Assembly (NCBI GenBank): GCA_043811145.1
Contig: JBDRNN010000261.1
Span: forward strand, 1 to 28,739
Length of the DNA: 28,739 bases
Source: Candidatus Bathyarchaeota archaeon
GTDB lineage: Archaea; Thermoproteota; Bathyarchaeia; Hecatellales; Hecatellaceae
Direction of reading: 5' to 3'
Under the pieces are notes generated by a model that was given only the letters and a program-made list of their open reading frames with translations, did not search any database and had not been told where the DNA came from. Made by a program: the position numbers and the translations under genes. Below, piece after piece: positions 16,564 to 25,804 of this stretch. Positions within the stretch are counted from its first letter, which is position 1, and each line of letters opens with the position of its first letter.

Positions 16564-17289
16564 TCAACTCTTTGCGTAGATAACTATCAAACACCCAAAA
16601 TAGTGCTCGTTCTTTTTAATTGATTTGAACTGTTTAGAAATTTTATCAAGAAGCTTGGAATTAGATGGGAGGTTATCATACGTGTGATATAGCCAGGTCC
16701 ATGGGTTAGATTTAAGCTTAGTTCCTAAGGCGAATCGTGCAAGAGTTGGAACAATAAGTTTCCAAAATAAAGCATAAACACTTCGGACGACCAAGTTGTC
16801 CGGCTTTCCAACTTCGACAATAAGTAACTCCCCATTACTGCAGATAACTCTCTTAAGATCAGCAAGAGAAACATCCATATTAATGGCATCACGAAAAGAG
16901 AAGCCGCATATCACACCATTAAATATACCTTCGCGAAACGGTAAAGCTTCAAAAACTCCGTTAACTGGAAGGATGTTTATGTTATTTGTTTTTTTAATGT
17001 TTTCGCAAACTTTTTTCAACATTATACAAGAAGCATCTAGACCTACGATTAATTTTGGGTTCGAAAATTTTTTCGCTGTGATTGACATACCGCCAAGTCC
17101 TATTCCAGCATCTAGAATGTTCATACCGTCTATCGAAAAACTTCGTAATCCCTTCTCTCGCCATCGCTGAATTTGGCCGAAAGAAATTATAGAGTTTACA
17201 AAATTATAGAAAGGTACACTTTCATCAAGGGCTAGAATGATTTTCTTCCAAAAATCAAGTTCTTTCTTACCTGTAAGTTTGGGATTCAT
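16564..17289 (-). CDS. UbiE/MenG-family quinone methyltransferase
   Basis: YNFVNSIISFGQIQRWR, ILDAGIGLG, EALPF, GFSFRD and WLYHTYDNLP. The ATG at 17289 is preferred. Confidence 0.8.
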   Translation of the reverse strand: MNPKLTGKKELDFWKKIILALDESVPFYNFVNSIISFGQIQRWREKGLRSFSIDGMNILDAGIGLGGMSITAKKFSNPKLIVGLDASCIMLKKVCENIKKTNNINILPVNGVFEALPFREGIFNGVICGFSFRDAINMDVSLADLKRVICSNGELLIVEVGKPDNLVVRSVYALFWKLIVPTLARFALGTKLKSNPWTWLYHTYDNLPSNSKLLDKISKQFKSIKKNEHYFGCLIVIYAKS

Positions 17290-17373
17290 GTCTCTGCTCC
17301 CTAAGATAGCGGAACCAACCCTTTTTAAGATGAGTAAAATTAATACATTAAACATTTACTTGGGGCCAGATTA

Positions 17374-18657
17374 ATGACCAAAAGTTATGATATAATAGTC
17401 GTAGGAGCTGGGCCTGCTGGATCCATAGCTGCGAAGATGGCTGCAGAAAAGGGCTTAAAAACGCTCATATTTGAAAGGGGAAAATATTTAGGTCAAAAAA
17501 GCGTAGGTGGCGAACTTCTTCCTATAAGTATATTCAAGGAATTCCCATGGATGAAAAAAGGACCTGTTGAGAGAGCAATCAACAAGTGGTCTTTCTTTTT
17601 ACCTTACGAAGATAAATGTACAGAGTTCTGCTACAGCAGAAGGGAAGAGTATGGGTACACGGTACATAGACCAAAGTGGGATTTTTGGGTTGGACAGTTC
17701 GCAAAAGAGGCTGGAGCTACCGTAAAAACTTCCACATTGGTGAAAAATCTGATAGTCAGTAATCAGGGGGCCATTAGAGGAGTTGTTACAGATAAGGGAG
17801 AAAAATTCTACTCAAAGATTGTAATTGGAGCAGATGGTGTTAATTCAATTGTTTCTAGGCGAATTGAATCTAGGAAAAATTGGTCTACTAGATCACTTGC
17901 CCTATGTGTAAAGTATACGTTTTCTTTACCATCGAAAGAGATTACTAAAAGGTTCAGTGATGAAATCGGTACTGGAGTCGAAATATTTTATGGGAAAAAA
18001 ATTTGTCCTAGAGGTTTTGCTTGGATGTTTCCTTCAAAGGAGGATTTTTGCATAGGCATCGGATGCGGGCTAGATACTATGAAGCATAATATGTTCCAGT
18101 ATCTTCAGAACGTCATTAAACTTCCTCAAGTTAAGAGAAAAATTAGAAATGCGAAATTAGCCCAATATTCAGCTCATTTAGTCCCTATATATGAAACAGT
18201 CGAAAGAACGTATGGTAATGGAGTGCTCCTCACAGGTGACGCAGCAGGATTCGCCTGCCCATTTGATGGAGCCGGATATGAGGCTGCAGCTGTTTCGGGA
18301 AGGATTGCTGCTGAAGTTGCAGAGGAAGCTATAAATTCGGGAGATACTTCATCTAAAAAATTACGGAAATATGAGACCACATGGAAAAATAGTTACATTG
18401 CAGGAGACCTGCAGTATGGACAATTAGCTCAGGACTATATATTAAAAGAGGTGGGTTTGGATACCTTCAACAGGATGATGTATGAAATAGGCACTACGAT
18501 TATGAAACATGGATGCTTCGTGAGGAAGTCTCATGCAGATGCAATCGGAGAGTTAATGACTAAATACGCACCTTTATTTTTGGGGTTTCTAACTCGGCTG
18601 GCTCCATTACATACTCTTTCGCTTGAAGAAGTTATGAAAGCAGCTTTTCAAGGATAA
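17374..18657 (+). CDS. FixC / geranylgeranyl-reductase family FAD oxidoreductase
   Basis: DIIVVGAGPAG, ERGKYLGQK, YTVHRPKWD, IGADGVNS and LLTGDAAG. Confidence 0.88.
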   Translation: MTKSYDIIVVGAGPAGSIAAKMAAEKGLKTLIFERGKYLGQKSVGGELLPISIFKEFPWMKKGPVERAINKWSFFLPYEDKCTEFCYSRREEYGYTVHRPKWDFWVGQFAKEAGATVKTSTLVKNLIVSNQGAIRGVVTDKGEKFYSKIVIGADGVNSIVSRRIESRKNWSTRSLALCVKYTFSLPSKEITKRFSDEIGTGVEIFYGKKICPRGFAWMFPSKEDFCIGIGCGLDTMKHNMFQYLQNVIKLPQVKRKIRNAKLAQYSAHLVPIYETVERTYGNGVLLTGDAAGFACPFDGAGYEAAAVSGRIAAEVAEEAINSGDTSSKKLRKYETTWKNSYIAGDLQYGQLAQDYILKEVGLDTFNRMMYEIGTTIMKHGCFVRKSHADAIGELMTKYAPLFLGFLTRLAPLHTLSLEEVMKAAFQG

Positions 18658-18681
18658 CAACCTCCCAGCTCAATGTGCTAA

Positions 18682-18972
18682 TTACCCAAGCTTGGAGATT
18701 ATTCCCTCTCCTCCAAGAGGATAACTCCAATCAATTGCTTTGACAACGCACAGATTGAAACATGTTCCACATTCAAGGCAGAATTCCATACCGTACTTCC
18801 AAGCAGCTACATCTTCCATCTCCCAAGAACCGCTCGGACAGAACTTAACACAAAGACCACAACCAGTACATCTTTCATTTATAACTTTGATATGAGATTT
18901 TGTTTTCTGCGTACGCTGTGTTAATCTCTTTACTGTTTCTCTTAGCTGGGTTCTAGAAGATTTTGACAACAT
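18682..18972 (-). CDS. FixX-like ferredoxin
   Basis: SHIKV, CTGCGLCVKFCP, CLECGTC..LC and the FixX-typical W.YP.GGEG tail. Confidence 0.85.
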   Translation of the reverse strand: MLSKSSRTQLRETVKRLTQRTQKTKSHIKVINERCTGCGLCVKFCPSGSWEMEDVAAWKYGMEFCLECGTCFNLCVVKAIDWSYPLGGEGIISKLG

Positions 18973-19025
18973 TTATCGCAATATTATACTGTAAGTTTAA
19001 GCTAAAAAAGTTTAAAGCTAAATTG

Positions 19026-19041
19026 TGCATGTAAACATGCA
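19026..19041. promoter_or_regulatory. Palindrome TGCATGT-AA-ACATGCA between divergent ferredoxin and mobB genes
   Basis: Perfect 7-bp arms in the shared promoter region. Confidence 0.4.
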
Positions 19042-19085
19042 AATCGCTTATTAGAGGATTAAAGTTACATCGGAGACAAGCATTT

Positions 19086-19646
19086 ATGACGAGAAAAACG
19101 TCGCCGATTATGGCTGTAATTGGAAGCCAAGCGTCAGGTAAAACGAAAGTAGTTGAATTTTTAATAGCGAACCTTACAAAAGAAGGTCTAAAAATCGCTT
19201 CATTGAAACATATCCATGATGCTGATTTTACGATTGACACGCAGGGAACAGATAGTGAAAGATACGCTAGGGCTGGAGCAAAAATCATCTCAACTGTAGC
19301 GCAAAAAGAAATAACCATAATCCGGAAAACTGAAACCGTCCAGAAGGATTTGGGTAAGATATTAGATTTGTTTTGGTGGGAAGAGCTGGATCTTATAATT
19401 TTAGAGGGATTTCGAAGTCTGATTTTTAATAAAAATCTGCCTAAAATTGTTACGGCTAAAGAGAAAGCAGATTTAGAGGGGTATATCAGAGAAGCTACGC
19501 CACCTGTGTTGGCTATCTCAGGTTTAATCGCTGAGAAGAGTACGGTTTTTTCTGAAATACCTATCATTGACTATAAGCGAGAAGGACAAAAACTACTGCA
19601 GATTGTTAAGAATCTTCTAGTTACTAACAATTCTATAAGCAAATAA
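19086..19646 (+). CDS. mobB: Molybdopterin-guanine dinucleotide biosynthesis protein B
   Basis: GSQASGKT P-loop, LKHIHD, DTQGTDSERYARAGA and ILEGF. Confidence 0.9.
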   Translation: MTRKTSPIMAVIGSQASGKTKVVEFLIANLTKEGLKIASLKHIHDADFTIDTQGTDSERYARAGAKIISTVAQKEITIIRKTETVQKDLGKILDLFWWEELDLIILEGFRSLIFNKNLPKIVTAKEKADLEGYIREATPPVLAISGLIAEKSTVFSEIPIIDYKREGQKLLQIVKNLLVTNNSISK

Positions 19647-19726
19647 CGAAATTTTCTCTTGTTTGATATCTAGATCATGTTTGAGCAGAATGTTTACAAG
19701 TAGCTAGTGTTTTAAGTGATATAAGT

Positions 19727-19863
19727 GCCGGGATGGCTGAGTGGTCAAAAGCGCAGATTCAGCTCGAATCCACCGAGCTAAAGCGGAAGCCTTGAGTTTG
19801 ACCTATAAAGAAAGCCTGTGGCCCTTCTGGGTCTCGCGGGTTCAAATCCCTCTCCCGGCGCCA
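19727..19863 (+). tRNA. tRNA-Ser(UGA) with two introns (29/30: 19757-19788; 37/38: 19797-19812), CCA encoded
   Basis: Acceptor GCCGGGA/TCCCGGC, G73, GGTTCAAATCC T-loop and a long variable arm. The anticodon stem CAGGC/GCCTG with loop CT-TGA-GA forms only after both inserts are removed. Confidence 0.88.
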
Positions 19864-19882
19864 TATATTTAGTTTGAATCGT

Positions 19883-20410
19883 TTACATTCTAGCGAAGCA
19901 CAGGAAAAGTAACTTAAACCGCTCTACAGCCTTGAATCTTTTCCCAGCAGAATAATAGAGAAGAATCAAGGTAGCCAGCCTTAGCATAAGCGTTAGCTTC
20001 AAGCGAGCTAGATTTGACATGGAGGAGAATTTAATGGCGAAAACCATTTTATGTTCATAAAGATGGCCGTATCCTTTGAATCGTTTTGTTATGTAACTCT
20101 TGTTCTGAAAATATTTTTTATGCATCCCTATCAGATGTCTCTGATATGGATTTGGAAAAGGCAATTTTGCTATGTAATCATCATCCTGTGGTACAAACAA
20201 GGGAAATCTAGCGTTTAACGGAACTTTCTCTATATTTGGGCTTTCAACAAGCTCGGGCAAGTAAACATCGCACCCGACCCTGAAGTTTCTCAAGGGTGTA
20301 GTCGGTGGATTCCAACCTACGCCCACTTCAAGGATAGTATAACTGGGGGGAGTGACCTTTTCTAACAGGCCAGTTAACCAGTTACGAATTATCCTACTAA
20401 CCTTGGTCAA
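19883..20410 (-). CDS. Hypothetical protein, possibly a degenerate class I SAM methyltransferase
   Basis: ILEVGVG followed by VGCDV and later LPF resembles SAM motifs. The C-terminal half is not recognisable. Confidence 0.35.
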   Translation of the reverse strand: MTKVSRIIRNWLTGLLEKVTPPSYTILEVGVGWNPPTTPLRNFRVGCDVYLPELVESPNIEKVPLNARFPLFVPQDDDYIAKLPFPNPYQRHLIGMHKKYFQNKSYITKRFKGYGHLYEHKMVFAIKFSSMSNLARLKLTLMLRLATLILLYYSAGKRFKAVERFKLLFLCFARM

Positions 20411-20493
20411 TTCATTGTTATTAATCTCTTATACATAGTGAGATTTCATAAATCCTGTAAGCAAAGTTGTTAATGGTCCTTCGTAAAATTTTT

Positions 20494-21477
20494 CTATATG
20501 TCATCTATGTGTATAAGGCTTCCAAAATCAATCAGTTGCTCGATAGCTTTTGTTCCTATTGCAATTCCTTTCTCGTTCACAGCAGCTAACGGATTTGTCC
20601 CCCCAATTAACGCTATACCCGACAGATTAGTGCCGACTGGCATTTCAAATACTGGTTCATTAGGTTCTCCAATTTTCAACATCCCATCAATTTCATATTT
20701 ATTAGCCTCATGTAAACATTCCCTTGCTTTATGGATTGCATTCATTGGAATTTCACGCAAGTTGGCTAACACATGCCCATTTCCTGTTTCTACAACTTTT
20801 AAAACAGAACTTAACCCTTTCATGGCAAACAAGTCAAGGGGATCGAGAGTTGAACCCGTATAGCATATAGCTTCAGTGAATCTCTTTGGTTCACCGTTCA
20901 AAAATTGAAGAACCCCCCCCAACTTCGGAGTTACCGGAACGCCTACTTTATGCAATATGCCATCTAAGGTTATGCTACACAGTGTTGCAAGTATTGCCTT
21001 TCCTTTTGGAACAGTGTATTGGTTAAATTTTTCTCCTTCATCAAAAATTCTTATTCTTGGACAGACAGCAAAACCCGATTTTATAACCCGCCTAATAATC
21101 GACAAGACTTTTTTTAGGTTGCCTTTATCAATAACAGCCAGATTAACAATCACTTTACCTTTACCAGTTTTAACATCGAAATCCATGTTAAAAATTAAAG
21201 ACCCGATCTTTGTTATTATGAAACCCATACGGTCAGAAGGCAAGGCATTTTTTATCTCTTCGAGACCTTTAGACGTAATCATTCGACCATCGTAACCGAG
21301 ATTTTTTGTTAAACCTCTTTCATCCAAAATTCTCATATGATACCGTACCGTCCTTTCGTCTAGCTTGTATCCTCTTTCGCTCAGCTGTTTAGCTACCATG
21401 CGAGCGCCTATCGCTTCTCTTTGTTCACTAAGTATTTTCAAGACCTCGATTAGCTTTCTCTCTGGAAAATAACTCAT
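20494..21477 (-). CDS. nrpR: NrpR-type nitrogen regulatory repressor (wHTH plus one NRD domain)
   Basis: GY.LDERTVRYHMRILDERGLT, ATLCSITLDGIL, YTGSTLDPL, LANLREIP and GGTNPLA. The ATG at 21477 is preferred. Confidence 0.9.
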   Translation of the reverse strand: MSYFPERKLIEVLKILSEQREAIGARMVAKQLSERGYKLDERTVRYHMRILDERGLTKNLGYDGRMITSKGLEEIKNALPSDRMGFIITKIGSLIFNMDFDVKTGKGKVIVNLAVIDKGNLKKVLSIIRRVIKSGFAVCPRIRIFDEGEKFNQYTVPKGKAILATLCSITLDGILHKVGVPVTPKLGGVLQFLNGEPKRFTEAICYTGSTLDPLDLFAMKGLSSVLKVVETGNGHVLANLREIPMNAIHKARECLHEANKYEIDGMLKIGEPNEPVFEMPVGTNLSGIALIGGTNPLAAVNEKGIAIGTKAIEQLIDFGSLIHIDDI

Positions 21478-21516
21478 AAGTCGCTCATATTGTGTTATGC
21501 ATAACTGATATATATA

Positions 21517-21530
21517 GGAAATCACTTACC
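21517..21530. promoter_or_regulatory. Putative NrpR operator GGAA-ATCACT-TACC
   Basis: One mismatch to the methanogen NrpR consensus GGAA-N6-TTCC, embedded in an ATATAGG...CCTATAT inverted repeat between nrpR and the glutamate synthase gene. Confidence 0.7.
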
Positions 21531-21559
21531 TATATCCTGTTTGTTAGAGTATGATATAG

Positions 21560-23149
21560 ATGAATTTGAGAAGACCGAATGCCAATGAAGCAACAGGAAC
21601 ATATAACCGCACAAGAAATGTGGTTCCTATGTCCGGAATATGTACAACTTGCCTTGACGGATGTAGAGGTAACTGTGAAACTTTTGTAGCAACATTCAGA
21701 GGTCGTGAATTAATTTATCCAGGACCTTTTGGAAGTATAACTGCTGGTGCAGACAAAAACTATCCAGTAGACTATTCTCACATTAATATTCAAGGTTATG
21801 CCTGCGGAGCAGAGGGATTACCTGAAGGAGTTGAGGCTGGACCTGATACTGCACTATTCCCCATAGTTAATACATCAACAGAATATGGATGGGAAAAAAA
21901 GACTAAGATGCGCTTACCCATTTTCACGGGTGCATTAGGATCCACAGATATAGGTAGAAAAAATTGGGAGCATTTTGCAGTAGGAGCCGCTATCTCAGGT
22001 ATCACGATTGTGTGTGGCGAAAATGTATGTGGCATAGATCCCCTACTTGAACTGGACACTAATGGCAAGATTACTAAGTCTCCAGACATGGATCGCAGAA
22101 TAGAGACTTATAAAAAATTCTACGAAGGCTACGGTGAAATCCTTGTGCAGATGAACGTAGAAGATACAAGGATAGGAGTAGCAGAATACATATCAAGAAA
22201 ACATGAACTTGAAACAATTGAACTGAAATGGGGACAAGGTGCTAAATGTATTGGAGGAGAAATAAAAGTTAGCACTCTAGAAAGAGCACTTGAACTCAAA
22301 AAGAGAGGATATATCGTAACACCTGAACCAACACTTCCTGAAGTCCAAAGAGCCTTCAATGATGGAGCAATCAAAGAGTTTGAACGACATTCGCGTCTCG
22401 GTTTCGTAAGTAAAGAATCTTTCATGGAGGAGGTAGACCGTCTACGCAGAATTGGGTTTAAAAGAATAACACTCAAGACAGGAGCATACTCGGCAGTAGA
22501 ACTTGCAATGGCACTACGCTATGGGGCAGAAGCTAAGTTGGATCTTATTACAATAGGTGGCGCTCCAGGTGGTACAGGAATGAGCCCATGGTCTATGATG
22601 AATGAGTGGGGCATCCCAACATTCCATCTTGAAGCTCTTACCTACAATTTCTGTAAAAAACTTTCAATGAATGGAATAAGAGTTCCGGATATTGCGATTG
22701 CTGGAGGATTTTCAACGGAAGATGGAGTATTCAAAGCAATTTCCATGGGCAGCCCATATGTAAAGGCAGTTTGCATGGGAAGAGCCCTAATGATACCAGG
22801 TATGGTAGGAAAGAACATCGAAAAATGGTTGAAAGAAGGCAACTTACCTAAAACAGTTTCGAAATACGGTAACACAGTAGAACAGATTTTTGTCTTGTAT
22901 GAGGAACTTAAAGAAAGGTATGGGGATGCGGTGAAAAAGATTCCTCTAGGCGCAATAGGTATCTATACATTCTGCCAGAAAATGAGAGTGGGATTACAAC
23001 AATTAATGGCAGGTAGCAGAAACTTTAAGATCTCAACGATCTCAAGAAAAGATCTGATGTCTCTCACAGAAGAAGCGGAAAAAATCTCTGGAATTCCTTA
23101 CGTGATGAACGCCTATAAAGAAGAAGCGGATAAAATCTTGACGTCTTAG
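21560..23149 (+). CDS. FMN-binding glutamate synthase family protein (stand-alone FMN domain type)
   Basis: SGICTTCLDGC, PIFTGALGST, ELKWGQGAKCIGGE, LKTGAY, GGTGMSP and AVCMGRA. Confidence 0.9.
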   Translation: MNLRRPNANEATGTYNRTRNVVPMSGICTTCLDGCRGNCETFVATFRGRELIYPGPFGSITAGADKNYPVDYSHINIQGYACGAEGLPEGVEAGPDTALFPIVNTSTEYGWEKKTKMRLPIFTGALGSTDIGRKNWEHFAVGAAISGITIVCGENVCGIDPLLELDTNGKITKSPDMDRRIETYKKFYEGYGEILVQMNVEDTRIGVAEYISRKHELETIELKWGQGAKCIGGEIKVSTLERALELKKRGYIVTPEPTLPEVQRAFNDGAIKEFERHSRLGFVSKESFMEEVDRLRRIGFKRITLKTGAYSAVELAMALRYGAEAKLDLITIGGAPGGTGMSPWSMMNEWGIPTFHLEALTYNFCKKLSMNGIRVPDIAIAGGFSTEDGVFKAISMGSPYVKAVCMGRALMIPGMVGKNIEKWLKEGNLPKTVSKYGNTVEQIFVLYEELKERYGDAVKKIPLGAIGIYTFCQKMRVGLQQLMAGSRNFKISTISRKDLMSLTEEAEKISGIPYVMNAYKEEADKILTS

Positions 23150-23289
23150 ATTATAATCTACATTTTTTTATTTTTGTGTGAATCCACTAAAAATAGAAAT
23201 ATTATTTTTTAAAAATCTATTGCAGAAGAGAGAAGAGTAACCTTTCTAGTTTAGAGAATTTTATAAATGGTTAAAAAAAGTTTTTAAAA

Positions 23290-23598
23290 TTATATGAGAC
23301 TGATCTCAATGAAAACGTCGTCGGGAACTCTGACCCGCATAACTCTACGCATCAATCTTTCGTTAGCCTCAACTTCGATAAGACGTTTATGAACTCTAAG
23401 CTCAAATCTATCCCAAGTCGAGGTGCCTTCGCCACAAGGGCTCTTTAGAGTTGGCTGTAGAATACGTTTGGTAGGGAGCGGTATAGGACCTGTAATTTTA
23501 GTTCCTATCTTGTCAACTATGCCTTTTATTTCTCCACAAACTGCGTCCAACTTCTTCTGGTTGGCACTTGTGAGACGAATTCTAGCCTTTTGAACCAA
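23290..23598 (-). CDS. rpsJ: 30S ribosomal protein S10 (uS10)
   Basis: [31 protein letters not shown]. Confidence 0.97.
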   Translation of the reverse strand: MVQKARIRLTSANQKKLDAVCGEIKGIVDKIGTKITGPIPLPTKRILQPTLKSPCGEGTSTWDRFELRVHKRLIEVEANERLMRRVMRVRVPDDVFIEISLI

Positions 23599-23653
23599 AG
23601 ATGAAAGCCTCTATGTAACGATTCAGCATCAACTGAAAAAGGAAGTGTTTTTT

Positions 23654-24952
23654 TTATCCTTTTTGTGTTATCTCCTTAACTATTCCAGCTGCAATAGTTG
23701 TACCCATATCTCTTATGGCAAATCTTCCCAGCTGAGGTATATCTGCATAGGGTTCTATGGCCAACGGTCTTATCGGAGCAAGCTTCACTAAAGCACCGTC
23801 TCCTGTCTTGAGGAATGCGGGATGTTCTTCCAAAGTCTCGCCTGTTCTGGGGTTAATCTTCCTAATCAGTTCAGTGAATTTACATGCCATTTGAGCTGTG
23901 TGAGCGTGAAGTACAGGAGTGTAGCCCTGAGCAATAGATGTAGGATGATAGACTACGATTATTTGACCTATGAACTCATTAGCAACAGTTGGAGGATTTG
24001 CAGCAGGCCCACATACATCTCCACGTCCAATATCGCCCTTCCCCAGGCCTCTTACGTTGAAGCCGATATTGTCTCCAGGTACAGCTTGAGGCATGTTTTG
24101 GTGGTGGCTTTCAATAGATTTTATATCGCCTTTTTTGTTTGATGGCATAAAGATAACGTTATCGCCAACTTTCATAACGCCTGTCTCAACTCGACCTACA
24201 GGTACCGTTCCTACACCCGTAATGGTATAAGCGTCTTGAACTGGGACTCTTAGTGGTTTATTTATCGGCTTTTGTGGAACTTCAAAGGTTTCTAAAGCTT
24301 TTTCTAAGGTTAGTCCCTTATACCATGGCATTTTGTCACTAGGTTTTGTTAAATTATCTCCCACGTAGGCTGAGACGGGTATGAAGTTTATTTTAGAGAC
24401 ATCGAAACCTACTGTTTTTAGGAGATGTTCAACCTGTTGTTTACATTCTTCAAACCGTTTTTGGCTGTAATTAACGGTTGCATCGTCCATCTTATTGATA
24501 GCTACAACAAGCTGATTCACACCGAGGGTCTTCAACAAGAAGGCATGCTCCCTTGACTGTCCTCCAGCTTCAACGCCAACCTCAAACTCTCCTTTCCTCG
24601 CAGAAGAAACGAGGACTGAGCAGTCAGCTTGACTGGCACCGGTAATCATGTTTTTGATAAAGTCTCTGTGGCCGGGGGCATCGATAATTGTAAAGCTGTA
24701 CTTAGAAGTTTCGAATTTCCAGTAGGAAAGATCTATGGTTACTCCTCTTTCTCGTTCTTCCTTCAATTTGTCCATTACCCATGCAAATTTGAAGGTCTCT
24801 CCAGCTCCAGTCTTTTCAGATTGATCGGCATATTCCTTTATTGTACGCTCGCTAACTGCATTCGTCAAGAAGAGCATATGACCCATACAGGTGGATTTTC
24901 CATGATCGACATGTCCTACTACAACTATGTTTAAATGGGGTTTGTCAGCCAA
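23654..24952 (-). CDS. tuf: Elongation factor 1-alpha
   Basis: GHVDHGKST, ERERGVTID, DAPGHRDF, NKMD and GRFAIRDMG. TTG start at 24952 behind a GGAGGT SD. Confidence 0.98.
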   Translation of the reverse strand: MADKPHLNIVVVGHVDHGKSTCMGHMLFLTNAVSERTIKEYADQSEKTGAGETFKFAWVMDKLKEERERGVTIDLSYWKFETSKYSFTIIDAPGHRDFIKNMITGASQADCSVLVSSARKGEFEVGVEAGGQSREHAFLLKTLGVNQLVVAINKMDDATVNYSQKRFEECKQQVEHLLKTVGFDVSKINFIPVSAYVGDNLTKPSDKMPWYKGLTLEKALETFEVPQKPINKPLRVPVQDAYTITGVGTVPVGRVETGVMKVGDNVIFMPSNKKGDIKSIESHHQNMPQAVPGDNIGFNVRGLGKGDIGRGDVCGPAANPPTVANEFIGQIIVVYHPTSIAQGYTPVLHAHTAQMACKFTELIRKINPRTGETLEEHPAFLKTGDGALVKLAPIRPLAIEPYADIPQLGRFAIRDMGTTIAAGIVKEITQKG

Positions 24953-25213
24953 TAATTTAACCTCCACGTAATTCCATGTTTACAGATTTACTTTATAAAG
25001 CCTTTCGGCCTGCTATATACTTTTTCCGTTATTTACTTTTTCACTTAGCCTTTGATAGCGGTGCTAGATTATACAACAGTATGTTGATTTAAAACTTTCC
25101 AGTCTTAATTTAGCAATGTTAGGTTATCCGTCAGGACATTACTCCCTGTGTGTAAATGCTTAAATCCTGGCTCTAAAAAAAGAGAATAGAAGAGTTAGAT
25201 ATGATGCGCTGAA

Positions 25214-25804
25214 GTGGACAGATTGACTGAAGTTGAAACGTTATCAATTAAGCTATTCGGAAAATGGAGTTTCGAAGGGATTGAGATTAAGGATCCTGGA
25301 CTAGCGCGATACATTAACCTAAAACCCATATACCTTCCCCATTCAGGCGGAAGACATGAAAATCAGCGATTTAAAAAATCGCAAATCTCAATTGTAGAGA
25401 GGATGTTAAATCAGCTAATGAGACCTGGACCCAATGGAGGGAAAAAGCTGAGAGCGATACAAATGGTTAAGAATGCCTTGGAGATAGCTCATCTGAAAAC
25501 TGGAAAGAATCCATTAGAGATCTTGACACAGGCCATTGAAAATTCAGCACCCTGCGAGGATACAACTAGAATAGGCTATGGTGGGATAGTGTATCATGTT
25601 GCAGTAGACATCGCTCCTCAGAGAAGGATAGATTTAGCGTTAAGATATCTAAGCGAGGGAGTTAGGAAAGCTTCTTTTAGTAACATAAAGACAGCGGATG
25701 AAGTATTGGCGGATGAAATAGTCCTTGCCGCTCAAAATGATAGTAAAAGCTACGCAGTTTCCAAGAGAAATGAAAAGGAGAGAGTTGCTCTAGCCTCACG
25801 TTAA
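25214..25804 (+). CDS. rpsG: 30S ribosomal protein S7 (uS7)
   Basis: [32 protein letters not shown] and KERVALASR. Confidence 0.97.
   Translation: MDRLTEVETLSIKLFGKWSFEGIEIKDPGLARYINLKPIYLPHSGGRHENQRFKKSQISIVERMLNQLMRPGPNGGKKLRAIQMVKNALEIAHLKTGKNPLEILTQAIENSAPCEDTTRIGYGGIVYHVAVDIAPQRRIDLALRYLSEGVRKASFSNIKTADEVLADEIVLAAQNDSKSYAVSKRNEKERVALASR

Noticed and set aside
19727-19863. Reading the tRNA as Leu or Sec, or as the island's integration site
   Set aside because: The anticodon is TGA with a G73 discriminator (Ser). No duplicated tRNA 3' end is present in the window.
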